Shown here piece after piece: positions 1 through 9,544 of a DNA stretch of 64,000 nucleotides. The notes below the pieces were generated by a model. The model saw only the letters and a list, made by a program, of their open reading frames with translations. It had not been told where the DNA came from and searched no databases. Each line of letters begins with the position of its first letter. Within the stretch, counting starts at the first letter, position 1. The position numbers and the translations under genes are program-made. The DNA is from an uncultured Gemmatimonadales bacterium. GTDB taxonomy: Bacteria > Gemmatimonadota > Gemmatimonadetes > Gemmatimonadales > GWC2-71-9. Location: contig CAVSLV010000001.1 of assembly GCA_963728915.1 (NCBI GenBank), positions 480,001 through 544,000 on the forward strand, read 5' to 3'.

Positions 1-1857
1 CGCGCGGGGTACGGCGGCACCTTCGTGTCGCTGGGCAACGACCTGCTGGAGCAGAAGGTCCAGCTGGTGGACAACTTCACGCGGCAGGCCGGCAACCACA
101 CCCTGAAGCTGGGCGTCAATGGGATCTTCTCGCACCTCAAGAACACCTTCGTCGGCCCGACCGGTTCGGTGGACAATACCACGGGGGATTACACCTTTGC
201 CTCGCTGGCGGACTTCGAGGCCGGCAAGCCGAGCGCGTACACCCGGAGCCTGACCCTGGACGGGACCGTCCCGCTCTCCAGGTTCAACGTGGCCGAGTAC
301 GGGATCTATGCCCAGGACGCCTGGCGGGCGACCCCGAAGCTCACGGTGACGCTGGGGCTGCGCTATGACGTGGAGGCTTTCCTCAACGATCCGGCGCGGG
401 TGATCGACGCCGAGCGTGCCTTCGGCATCAAGAGCGGCAACGCGCCGACCGATCGTAACAACGTTTCGCCACGGCTGTCGCTGGCCTACGATATCACCGG
501 CAATGGGACCTCCGTCGCGCGGCTCGGCGCGGGCTACTTCTATGGCCGGCTCCCCTACGTGGTCGGGGGCAACGTCGCGGGGTCCGTGAATCCCGTGCTC
601 AGCCTGACCTGCGCGGGATCCGCGGCCAAGGGCGATCCCGACGCACCTCCACCGTTGACCGGTTATTCCGGCTGGGACATCGGCGGCGCCGACGACCCGG
701 TCGCCTGCGCCGGCGGTGAGCTCGGGACCGGGGTGCCGACCTACACCTTCTGGAAGGACCACTTCGAGTACCCCGAGAGCTTCAAGGCCAACGTCGGGTA
801 CGACCAGTTGATCGGGCCCGCCACCAAGCTGTCCACCAACATCGTGTTCTCCCGGTCCTACAAGCTCTACACGGTGCGGAACATCAACCTCCGGCCGGCG
901 CAGTTCACGCTCACGGGCGAGGGCGGCCGCCAGGTGTTCGTCCCAGCCGGAGTGTTCAATCCGTCGAGCGCCGCGTCGACCGCCGTCAACTCGCGGCTCA
1001 ACACCGATTTTGCCCAGATCTACGTCAACTACAACGACGGGCAGTCGCAGTCGCTCGCCGGCACCGCCGAGCTGACCCACGACTTCTCGCGGACCTCGCA
1101 GGTCCGGGTGTCCTACACCTATACCCGGGCCTATGACAACTCCTCCTACACCTGTTGCACCGCGTCGGAGGGATTCGGTAACCCGGTGGTCGGCGCCTTC
1201 GGACCCAACGACATCGGCGGTGTCGGAGACACCGAGAAAGCCTGGGGCCCCACCGGGACCGTCCGCAACCATGTCATCGTGCTGGCCGGCAACATGCGGC
1301 TTCCCCTCGGCTTCCGGGTCAGCGGGCTGTGGCGCTGGCAGTCGGGGAACCGCTGGGGCCCCGAGCAGGGCGGCGATCTCAACGGTGATGGCGTGGCCTT
1401 CAACGACCGGCCGTTCATCTTCACGCCGGAGGATCTCCCGCTCGCCGAAACCGACCCCACCAAGGCGCAGGAAGCGCGCGACCGCTATGCCGGGTATCTC
1501 GCGGACCACGCCTGCGTGGGCAAGTACGTGGGACAGATCATCCCCCGGAATCCCTGCACGTTGCCCTGGTTCAACCGGCTCGATCTGCAGTTTGCCAAGG
1601 CCATCCCCACTGGACGCTCGCAGCGGCTGGAGCTTCAGGTGGATCTCTTCAACGTGCTGAACGGGATCAAGCGCTCCTGGGGACGCTACATGGGCGTGTT
1701 CGGGGCCAATCGCGACCTGCTCTCGCCGTCGAGCTACGACCCGGCGACCAACCGGATCCTCTACGACGTGCCGACGACGTTCGGAGCCCTGGGGGTGGTG
1801 GGAACCAACCTGCTGTTGCAGTTTCAGGCGCAGTTCGGATTGCGTTACTCGTTCTGA
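1..1857 (+). CDS. TonB-dependent outer-membrane receptor (Oar-like), C-terminal part; gene starts upstream of the window
   Basis: Frame open from base 1; motifs YAQDAWRATPKLTVTLGLRYD, NNVSPRLSLAYD and LQVDLFNVLN; C-terminal QFGLRYSF with terminal Phe. Confidence 0.9.
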   Translation, partial: RAGYGGTFVSLGNDLLEQKVQLVDNFTRQAGNHTLKLGVNGIFSHLKNTFVGPTGSVDNTTGDYTFASLADFEAGKPSAYTRSLTLDGTVPLSRFNVAEYGIYAQDAWRATPKLTVTLGLRYDVEAFLNDPARVIDAERAFGIKSGNAPTDRNNVSPRLSLAYDITGNGTSVARLGAGYFYGRLPYVVGGNVAGSVNPVLSLTCAGSAAKGDPDAPPPLTGYSGWDIGGADDPVACAGGELGTGVPTYTFWKDHFEYPESFKANVGYDQLIGPATKLSTNIVFSRSYKLYTVRNINLRPAQFTLTGEGGRQVFVPAGVFNPSSAASTAVNSRLNTDFAQIYVNYNDGQSQSLAGTAELTHDFSRTSQVRVSYTYTRAYDNSSYTCCTASEGFGNPVVGAFGPNDIGGVGDTEKAWGPTGTVRNHVIVLAGNMRLPLGFRVSGLWRWQSGNRWGPEQGGDLNGDGVAFNDRPFIFTPEDLPLAETDPTKAQEARDRYAGYLADHACVGKYVGQIIPRNPCTLPWFNRLDLQFAKAIPTGRSQRLELQVDLFNVLNGIKRSWGRYMGVFGANRDLLSPSSYDPATNRILYDVPTTFGALGVVGTNLLLQFQAQFGLRYSF

Positions 1858-1904
1858 ACCGAAGCCTCCGGGGGGGGGAACGGCGAGTCTCTCTCGGCAG
1901 CCCC

Positions 1905-3401
1905 ATGACCGTGGACCCCATCAAGCATGTGGTTCTCCTGATGCTGGAGAACCACTCCTTCGATCAGATGCTGGGTGCGCTCCAGGAGATCCATCCCGAC
2001 CTCGACGGAGTCGATCCCCGGGTCCAGGACCCGACCTCCAGCGTAGAACCCCGGTTCAACCTCTCTCTCTCGGGCAAGCGATTCCTCCAGGTGCCGACTG
2101 ACCAGCTCCAGGTGGAGCGCGACCCGCGGCACGAAACTCCCAACGTCCTGGATCAGATCGCGAACGGGAACTCGGGGTTCGTCACAGACTACGAAAGGAA
2201 CGTCAAGCGGGTCACCGAGGAGGACATGGGGTACCTGATGGGGTACTACGCCCTGGGGCGGCTGCCCGCGCTGCACGAGCTGGGGCAGAACTTCACGGTG
2301 TGCGACCGCTGGTACTCGTCGCTGCCGGGCCCCACCTGGCCCAATCGGTTCTTCGCCCTCTCGGGAACCTCCTCGGGACACGTTGAGATGCCCTCGCTCG
2401 CACGGCCCGATCTCGAGGAGTTCACCGCCCAGAAGCAGGAGACCATCTTCGACCGGCTCAACGATGCCGGGCGGAGCTGGAAGCTCTACTTCTACGATTT
2501 CCCGGTGGCCCTCATGCTCACCCGGCTCCGCCAGCCCCACAATCTGGCCCACTTTCACCTGATCAAGGAGTTCTTCGAGAAGGACACTCGGGACGAGAGC
2601 CGCTTTCCCGATTTCGCGTTCATCGAGCCCAAGTACATGGGCGCCGACCAGAACGACGATCACCCTCCTCACAATGTTCTCAAGGCGGAGAAGCTGATCG
2701 CCGACGTCTACAACGCGATTCGGGCGAATCCGGCGCTCTGGATGTCCACCCTGCTGGTGGTGACGTATGACGAGCATGGGGGCTTCTATGACCATGTGTC
2801 CCCGCCGCCCGCGATTCCTCCCGATGACAAGAAGAAGGAATGGACCTTCGACCGGTACGGGGTGAGGGTGCCTGCCATCCTGATCTCACCATGGGTCGGA
2901 GCACGGGTCGAGCATACCGAGTTCGACCACACCAGCCTGCTCAGGTACCTGCAGGACAAGTGGCACCTGGGATCGCTGGGGGAGCGGACCGCGCACGCCA
3001 ACAGCATCGCGGTCGCGATCAACCAGGACAAGCCGAGAGCGGAGACGGTGGGGTTCATCCGGGTGCCCTACACATTCCTGATATCCGCGAAGCCAGAACT
3101 CGAGGAGGCAGATGTCAGTATTCACCATCAGGCGATTCAGCGGTTTGCCGAGTTCCTCGCGGTGGACCTCGGCATCGCAACCGGAACCCTGATCGACGAG
3201 CTGGCTCGGGCTGCCGGCCTGTGGGTGAGGTTCAAGACCGTTGTTGCCCGGTTCATCAGGAAGCTGGCTCGTCGCCTGGGAGGATGGTTCGAGTCCAACC
3301 GCACAAGAGGAATCGAAGCGGTAGGCCAGGTAGCCCGGAAGGCGGTAGAGAAGGGAAAGTCGGCGGAAGGCACTCCGCCGAGTGGAAGAGGAAGTGGCTG
3401 A
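1905..3401 (+). CDS. Phosphoesterase (phospholipase C/AcpA family) with C-terminal helical extension
   Basis: IKHVVLLMLENHSFD, GPTWPNR (Thr nucleophile), DDHPP, TYDEHGGFYDHV, GVRVPAILISPW, FDHTS. Confidence 0.9.
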   Translation: MTVDPIKHVVLLMLENHSFDQMLGALQEIHPDLDGVDPRVQDPTSSVEPRFNLSLSGKRFLQVPTDQLQVERDPRHETPNVLDQIANGNSGFVTDYERNVKRVTEEDMGYLMGYYALGRLPALHELGQNFTVCDRWYSSLPGPTWPNRFFALSGTSSGHVEMPSLARPDLEEFTAQKQETIFDRLNDAGRSWKLYFYDFPVALMLTRLRQPHNLAHFHLIKEFFEKDTRDESRFPDFAFIEPKYMGADQNDDHPPHNVLKAEKLIADVYNAIRANPALWMSTLLVVTYDEHGGFYDHVSPPPAIPPDDKKKEWTFDRYGVRVPAILISPWVGARVEHTEFDHTSLLRYLQDKWHLGSLGERTAHANSIAVAINQDKPRAETVGFIRVPYTFLISAKPELEEADVSIHHQAIQRFAEFLAVDLGIATGTLIDELARAAGLWVRFKTVVARFIRKLARRLGGWFESNRTRGIEAVGQVARKAVEKGKSAEGTPPSGRGSG

Positions 3402-3431
3402 ACCGATCGCCACCCGGCGGAGGGCCGGCCG

Positions 3432-4076
3432 CTATCGCCCCATACCAAACCCCAGGCCCAGCTTCAGGGCGAAATCGGTCTGGGTCAGCTCGCTCGCTGT
3501 CTGCTGACCGCCGGCATAGCTCGCCTTGTACCGGAACAGGTCGGTCCCCGCCACGATCTGTAACCCGCCGAGACGCAGCCCCACACCCGCTCCACCCACG
3601 CCGGCCACGTCGTTGGTCTTGGACTGGCTGGTGAAGGCCACTCCGCCATGGCTGATCACGCCGACGCCACCATCCACGAAGAGCCGGAGCGGGAAGCTGG
3701 GGGGAAGAAAATCGAATACCACCAGTCCGTTTCCCAGGAAGAGCTTGGCATCCTGCTTCTCCAGCGATCCCTCGCTGCCCATCCTGAATGTCGTGGGGAC
3801 GTAGGCCCCGCTCACCTCGATCCCGAGGTGGGATCCAAAACGAAGGGCGATCGCCGCCCCGAAGGACGGGCCGGCTTCCAGCTTTCCGACGTCGCCGTCC
3901 TGGGTCAGCTCAACCAGGTTCTCGGTCGGGATGTAGAAGCCGATCTGAGGGCGGAGGCTCAGGTGGGTGCCGCCGCTCCCTTTCCCTCCGGATGGTGAGA
4001 GCTGCGCCCGGGCCGGCTGGGCGAGCAGGGCGCCAAGACAGGCCACCAGGACGGTGGAAACGTGAGACGATTTCAT
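3432..4076 (-). CDS. Outer-membrane beta-barrel protein (OmpA/OmpW-like)
   Basis: Signal peptide MKSSHVSTVLVACLGALLAQPARA; alternating beta-strand pattern; ends KLGLGFGMGR; start trimmed from ORF 3432..4358. Confidence 0.7.
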   Translation of the reverse strand: MKSSHVSTVLVACLGALLAQPARAQLSPSGGKGSGGTHLSLRPQIGFYIPTENLVELTQDGDVGKLEAGPSFGAAIALRFGSHLGIEVSGAYVPTTFRMGSEGSLEKQDAKLFLGNGLVVFDFLPPSFPLRLFVDGGVGVISHGGVAFTSQSKTNDVAGVGGAGVGLRLGGLQIVAGTDLFRYKASYAGGQQTASELTQTDFALKLGLGFGMGR

Positions 4077-4182
4077 GGTCGGTCCGGCTTGGGGGGAGAT
4101 CGCGAGTGAATATAGCCGTGTCAGGGGATCGGGGATCGATTGCCCTAGGCTTCCACAAGCCATTGTCGCCAAATTCCCCCTC

Positions 4183-5718
4183 ATGAAACCGCAGGGTCGA
4201 CGCGTGCTGATGATCGGGCTGGACGCCGCCGATCCCGAGCTGATTGAACGCTGGACCGCCGACGGCACGCTCCCCCATCTCGCCGCCCTGCGCCACGGCG
4301 GGCTATCCGGACGGCTTGCCACGTCGGCGCAACACCTCGCCGGCTCGCCCTGGCCCACGTTCTACACCAGCCAACCACCCTCGCGTCACGGGATCTATCA
4401 CGACTACCAGTGGCGCCCGGAGGAGATGGGATTCGCCGCGCCCACCCGCGACTGGCTTCCCGCGTCGCCCTTCTGGCGCCATCTGCCCGCCGATGTGCCG
4501 GTCGTCGCGTTCGATGTCCCTATGAACCTCGGGGTCGCGCCGTTCAATGGCACTGAGGTTTCCGGGTGGGCCGCCCATGACAAGCTGGCCCCGCCCGCCT
4601 CCTACCCTGCGAATCTGCTGCCGGTGATCGCCCGTCGGTTCGGAGAATGGCACATGGCCCCCGAGCAGTACGGCGCGGCTCCCGTAGGAGAGCTGCTCGG
4701 CCTGCGCGACACCCTGCTCGACGGGATCCGGCGCTCGACGGACCTCGCGCTGTGGCTGCTGGAGCGTCCCTGGCGACTCGCGATCCTGGCATTTGGCGCG
4801 CTGCACCGGGGCGGTCACCGGCTGTTCGACCGCTCCAGCACCACGGGCCCCGTGACCGAGGCCCAAGGCGACCGCTTCGATCGCGCGTTGCGGGACCTCT
4901 ACGTCGCCTGCGACGAGGGGCTCGGCCGCCTCGTTGCGGCTGCCCCGGATGCGATCATCGTGGCGTTCTCGACTCACGGCATGATGGCCAACACCTGCCG
5001 GGTCGACCTGCTCGACGAGATGCTGGCCCGGGTGCTCGAAGGGCGGGGTGACGCGCGCCCCCGGCGCGGTCTCTTGCGTCGGGTGGGCGAAGCACTGCCG
5101 GTCGAATGGCGGCGCGCGGCGGCGCTCCATGTCCCGGCCCGGTTGCGCAATCGGATCATGACGCTGTGGTCGGCCGGAGGGACGCGGTGGGACAGGACCC
5201 GAGCATTTACGCTGCGCGCCGACCTCCAGGGCTATATCCGGGTAAACCTCGCGGGGCGGGAGCAGCGCGGCATCGTGCCGGCGAGCACGTTGGAGGCCCT
5301 GTGCGATCGGATCGAAGAAGGCCTCGGCACGTTTCGCGACTCCTTCACCGACACCCGCCTGGTCGCGGCGGTCGACCGCATCGACCGGCTCTACGGCGAG
5401 GGCGATCGACGCGCCGTGCTGCCCGACCTGGTGGTTCGCTGGAGCGAGCGGCCCGCGGCGATGCAAGGAGCGGCAACGTCCTCCGGGTTAGGAAGCATTC
5501 CCTGGCCGACTCCGGGTCGGGTGCCGAACGGCCGCAGCGGGAACCATCGCGGGGAAGGGTTCCTGGCGGTGCGGGGGAGCGGTCTCCCGCTGGGTGCGCA
5601 GCTCGCCCCCGGCGCGGACATCCTCGATCTCGCCCCGACGGTCCTTCATCTGCTTGGCACCCGCACGGAGCTGCCCCTCACGGGCCGAGTCATCCCTGAG
5701 CTCGCCGGCGACCCGTGA
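4183..5718 (+). CDS. AlkP-superfamily (type I phosphodiesterase/nucleotide pyrophosphatase-like) protein
   Basis: VLMIGLDAAD, LPHLAAL, WPTFYT..P.RHGI, IRVNLAGREQRGIV, SGNH, DLAPTVL. Confidence 0.85.
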   Translation: MKPQGRRVLMIGLDAADPELIERWTADGTLPHLAALRHGGLSGRLATSAQHLAGSPWPTFYTSQPPSRHGIYHDYQWRPEEMGFAAPTRDWLPASPFWRHLPADVPVVAFDVPMNLGVAPFNGTEVSGWAAHDKLAPPASYPANLLPVIARRFGEWHMAPEQYGAAPVGELLGLRDTLLDGIRRSTDLALWLLERPWRLAILAFGALHRGGHRLFDRSSTTGPVTEAQGDRFDRALRDLYVACDEGLGRLVAAAPDAIIVAFSTHGMMANTCRVDLLDEMLARVLEGRGDARPRRGLLRRVGEALPVEWRRAAALHVPARLRNRIMTLWSAGGTRWDRTRAFTLRADLQGYIRVNLAGREQRGIVPASTLEALCDRIEEGLGTFRDSFTDTRLVAAVDRIDRLYGEGDRRAVLPDLVVRWSERPAAMQGAATSSGLGSIPWPTPGRVPNGRSGNHRGEGFLAVRGSGLPLGAQLAPGADILDLAPTVLHLLGTRTELPLTGRVIPELAGDP

Positions 5719-6915
5719 CCGACCGCGAAGTCGGGGTGGGGGTGATCGGCTGCGGCGCCATCGGGCGCTGGCACGTGCGCTGTGTCCGGCGCCTCCCCGG
5801 CCTCCGCTTGGTGGCCGTGGCCGACTCCGACCCTTCGGCGCGCCAGGCCGCCCGGGAGTTCGGGGTACCGGTGCTCGACTCCGCGGCGGCGCTCCTCGCC
5901 CGACCCGACGTCGAGCTGGTCTCCATCTGCACTCCACCCGGCGCACACGCGGCGCTGGTGGAATCCAGCGCCGCCGCCGGCAAACACGTGCTGGTCGAGA
6001 AGCCGCTGGCGACGACCCTGGCCGACGCCGACCGGGCGATCGCCGCCTGCCGGCGCCACGCCGTGCAGCTCGGCGTGGTGCATCAGCAACGGGCCCAGGC
6101 CTCCATCCTCGCCCTGCATCGACTGGCGGAGGCCGGAGCCTTCGGCCGACCGCTGCTCGGCGTGGCGCATCACACCTGGTTCAAGACCGGCGCGCAGCTC
6201 GCCCGCGACGGGTGGCGAGGCGATGCCGGCGCCGGCGGCGGCCTCCTGCTCGATCAGGCGATCCACGCCATCGATCTCCTGGTGTAGCTTTCTGGGCCGG
6301 CCGGTCTGGGTGACCGGGGCGAGTGCGACCCTCGCGCACTCGGCAGGCGCGGAGGATACCGCGGTGGCGACCATCGGGTTCTCGGGTGGTGCGCTCGCGG
6401 TGCTCGCCGCAGGGGCCGCCACCAATCGCTCGCGCGACGACATCGCGCTCGAGCTGAGCGGGACCCGCGGCGGGTTTCGCCTCGAGATCCGCGACTACGA
6501 TGCCGCCGAGATCACCCGGATCGACCTCGCGTCATCGGAGGATCGACGGGCCCGCTCGCTCCCGCCCGGCGAGATCGAAGCCCTGGTGGAGGCGGCCGGC
6601 GGGCGCTGGCGCCGGGGCCCTGCGGCGATTGCCTGGCGGCTCGCGAGCGCGGTCGCCGGACCGGGTCGCGGAGTGCATCCGTTCCGCTCCCTGCGCGGCT
6701 ATCTGCGGCGCAACGCGGACCGGGTCGCCCAGCGGGAGCGGGGCGAGCCGCAGGGGCATGCGGCGGTGCTGGCGCGAATGGCCGCCGCGGTCCGCGGCGA
6801 GGCGATCCCGCTGGTCACGGGGGAAGACGCCCGCCGCTCGCTCCAGGTGCTCGAGGCCATTCGCCGGTCGGAGGCGATCGGCGGCGGTCGGGTTGAGATC
6901 GCGGACCCCCAATGA
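5715..6915 (+). CDS. Gfo/Idh/MocA family oxidoreductase, split by a +1 indel near 6284
   Basis: GVIGCGAIG, ICTP, HVLVEKP, GGGLLLDQAIHAIDL in one frame; C-terminal half (FLGRPVWV...EDTAVA...VTGEDARRSL) in the next frame; GTGA and ATGA overlaps with neighbours. Confidence 0.85.
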
Positions 6916-8016
6916 GAGTCCTTCACCTCATCGACCATATGGGCCTGGGAGGGGAGCAGCGCATCCTGCTCGACCTCGCCGAGACTCACGCTCCGGATCT
7001 GACCCTCGCCGTCTGGAGCCTGCGGGCTCGCGATCTCCCCGGCACGGCGGAGCGGCTGGCCGCCGCGGGCGTTCCCTACCGGGTGCTCGATGTCCCCCGG
7101 CGCCCGCTCCGTACCTTCGGGCTCCGGTCGCTGCTCCGGCGCGCCCGGCCCGACCTGCTCCACCTGCATCTCGAATACAGCACGTTGCTCGGAACCCTCG
7201 CGACGCTGGCGCCGGGCTGGCGGCCCCTGATCCTTGCCACGGTCGCCAACGATCCTCACCGCCAGGCACGCCTGCATCGTTACGCCGGGCGCCTGCTGGC
7301 CGGCCGAATCGACCTGCACCTCACCTACACCGAGGGGATTCGCGATGCCGTGCTGCGGGCCTACGCCGGCAAGCCGCGCCGGGTCGAGACCGTCGTCCCG
7401 GGTATCAACCTGACCACCTTTGACGAGTCACGCCTGAGCCCGGAAGTCGTGGCGGAGTACCGGCGGGGAGCAGGGCCGGTCGTCGGCACGGTGGCGCGCC
7501 TCGCGACCCAGAAGGCGATACACGTCCTGCTCGACGCGACCCCGCTCATTCTCCGGCGGTTTCCGGAGACGCGGGTGCTCGTCCTGGGCGATGGACCGCT
7601 CCGCGCCGAGCTGGTGGCAGCGGGCCCGCCGCCTGGGGATAGCAGGGGCCGTCACCTTCGCCGGGTATCAGGAGGACGTGGCCTCCGCCTACGCGGCGAT
7701 GGACGTCTTCGTGCTCCCCTCGCGGGACGAGGGTTACGGTATCGTCTTCCTCGAAGCGATGGCGATGGGCGTGCCGGTGGTGGGCACCCGGGTGGTCGGC
7801 AGCATGGAAGCCGTCGAGGACGGGGTCACCGGCCTGCTGGTGCCCTATGGCGACGCGGCCGCACTCGCCGAGGCGGTCCTCCGGCTCTTCGCCTCCCCGG
7901 AGCTCAGCCACCGCCTTTGCGCCGTCGCGGCGGACCGGGTCCGCCGCCGCTTTTCCCGCGAGCGCTCCGTGGCCCAGACCGAGGCGCTGTATCGCGGCCT
8001 CGCCGCGAAAGGATGA
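6912..8016 (+). CDS. Glycosyltransferase family 4, split by a +1 indel near 7617
   Basis: MRVLHLID..GLGGE, VGTVARL...K and GDGP in the first frame; DVFVLPSRDEGYGIVFLEAMAMGVPVV (EX7E) in ORF 7591..8016. Confidence 0.88.
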
Positions 8017-8020
8017 TTCC

Positions 8021-9544
8021 ATGTACCAGCGGGTCTTCATCTTGGAGCTGTCGGGTCCCACGATCGAATTCCTGCGCGAGCGGCTGGGCTCGCTCCCGAA
8101 CTTCCGCCGCTGCTTCGACGAGGGGGCGTGGGGCACGCTCCGGGGTCCTCTCCAGCCGGTCGCGCCGCAGTCGTTCGCAACGCTCCTCACGGGACGGAAC
8201 CCCGGCGCCTCCGGCCTGTTCGACTTCTTCCAGTTCGCGCCTGGTGGTTACGATCGCGTCCCTTTCAGCACCAGCCTGTTGCGCGTGCCCACGTTCTATC
8301 AGCTGCTCTCGGATCGAGGGAAGCGAGTTGGCCTGATCAACGTGCCCCTCACCCACCCGCTGCCCCAGGTCAACGGCTTCGTGGTATCGGGCGACGAGGG
8401 TATCGGCGACGACTTCGCCGTTCCCGCCGAGGTCGGACGCCGGCTGCGCGAGGACGGCTACGAGGTGCCGTTCGGCACTTCGTATTCCCCGGGGCGGGAG
8501 CGCCAGTTCACCGACCGCGCCATCGAGGTGCTGGAGATGCGGCGTCACGCGCTGCACATGCTGTTTGCCGATGGCGAGTGGGACTTCGGCATGCTCACGC
8601 TGCACATGTACGGCGAACTGCTCCACGCGTTCTGGAAGTTCTACGACCGCGCGCACCCCGAGTATCGCCCTCTCGAGACGGCGTTCGACGGTCGTGATCC
8701 CTTTCTGGAGGTGCTGGTCCGGATCGATGCGATGCTGGGTGAGATCCTCGAGCTGGCCGGCCCCCGTGCCCTGGTGCTCTTCCTCGGCGCATGGGGGCAT
8801 CGTATCGAGCATACCCGGGTCCACCTCAACGCCCTGCTCGCGCAGGAGGGCTACCTCCGCTTCCGCCGCGATCCGGCGACCATGGCCAAGCGACTCATGT
8901 TCCGACTGGGCATTACGGCATCCACCGCCGAGCGCCTGGCCCACCGTTTCAACCTCTACCGGCTGTTCCATTACAAACTGGGGCGCGGGCAACGGGCCAG
9001 GCTTACCGGCGCGACCTTCCTCTCCTTCCATGATGTTGACTGGTCCCGCACCCGCGCCGTGGCGATGGGCTATCTCGGGCAGGTCTATCTCAACGTCCAG
9101 GGGGAGCGCCCCCGAGGGACGATTCCGCGGGACCAGTACCAGGACGAGCGGGAGCGCCTCCGTCGTCGGCTCGCCGAACTGCGCCATCCCGATACCGGCG
9201 ACCCGATGGTCGAGAAGGTTCACCGGCGGGAGGACATCTATCACGGTCCCGAGCTGTCATACGCTCCCGACCTCGTGGTGGAGTGGAAGGCGGGCTACTC
9301 CGGTGACTCCGGTCTGTCGGGCAGCGGCCGGCTGGTGACGGCGAGCCCCCCGCATCATTCCAGTGACCACTGGAATGCGAGTGCCTTCCTCGCGCTCGGC
9401 CCCGGGGTAACCCCCGGCGAAATAACCGCCAGGCTGGAAGACGTGGCTCCGACGGTGCTCCACGCCCTTGGCCAAGCCGTGCCGGCCCACCTGGACGGCA
9501 AGGTGCTCACCGAGCTGTGTGGCCCGCCGGTGCAGCTTCGATGA
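8021..9544 (+). CDS. Second AlkP-superfamily (nucleotide pyrophosphatase-like) protein
   Basis: LPNFRR, LLTGRNPG..GLFDF, INVPLTHP, VDWSRTRA, VYLNVQGERPRG, APDLV, DVAPTVL. Confidence 0.85.
   Translation: MYQRVFILELSGPTIEFLRERLGSLPNFRRCFDEGAWGTLRGPLQPVAPQSFATLLTGRNPGASGLFDFFQFAPGGYDRVPFSTSLLRVPTFYQLLSDRGKRVGLINVPLTHPLPQVNGFVVSGDEGIGDDFAVPAEVGRRLREDGYEVPFGTSYSPGRERQFTDRAIEVLEMRRHALHMLFADGEWDFGMLTLHMYGELLHAFWKFYDRAHPEYRPLETAFDGRDPFLEVLVRIDAMLGEILELAGPRALVLFLGAWGHRIEHTRVHLNALLAQEGYLRFRRDPATMAKRLMFRLGITASTAERLAHRFNLYRLFHYKLGRGQRARLTGATFLSFHDVDWSRTRAVAMGYLGQVYLNVQGERPRGTIPRDQYQDERERLRRRLAELRHPDTGDPMVEKVHRREDIYHGPELSYAPDLVVEWKAGYSGDSGLSGSGRLVTASPPHHSSDHWNASAFLALGPGVTPGEITARLEDVAPTVLHALGQAVPAHLDGKVLTELCGPPVQLR

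Noticed and set aside
3285..3300. GGTTCGAGTCC tRNA T-loop-like string
   Set aside because: Inside a CDS and no cloverleaf can be formed
6285..6287. TAG in the Gfo/Idh/MocA gene as pyrrolysine or readthrough
   Set aside because: The C-terminal half continues in a different frame, so this is an indel rather than a recoded stop
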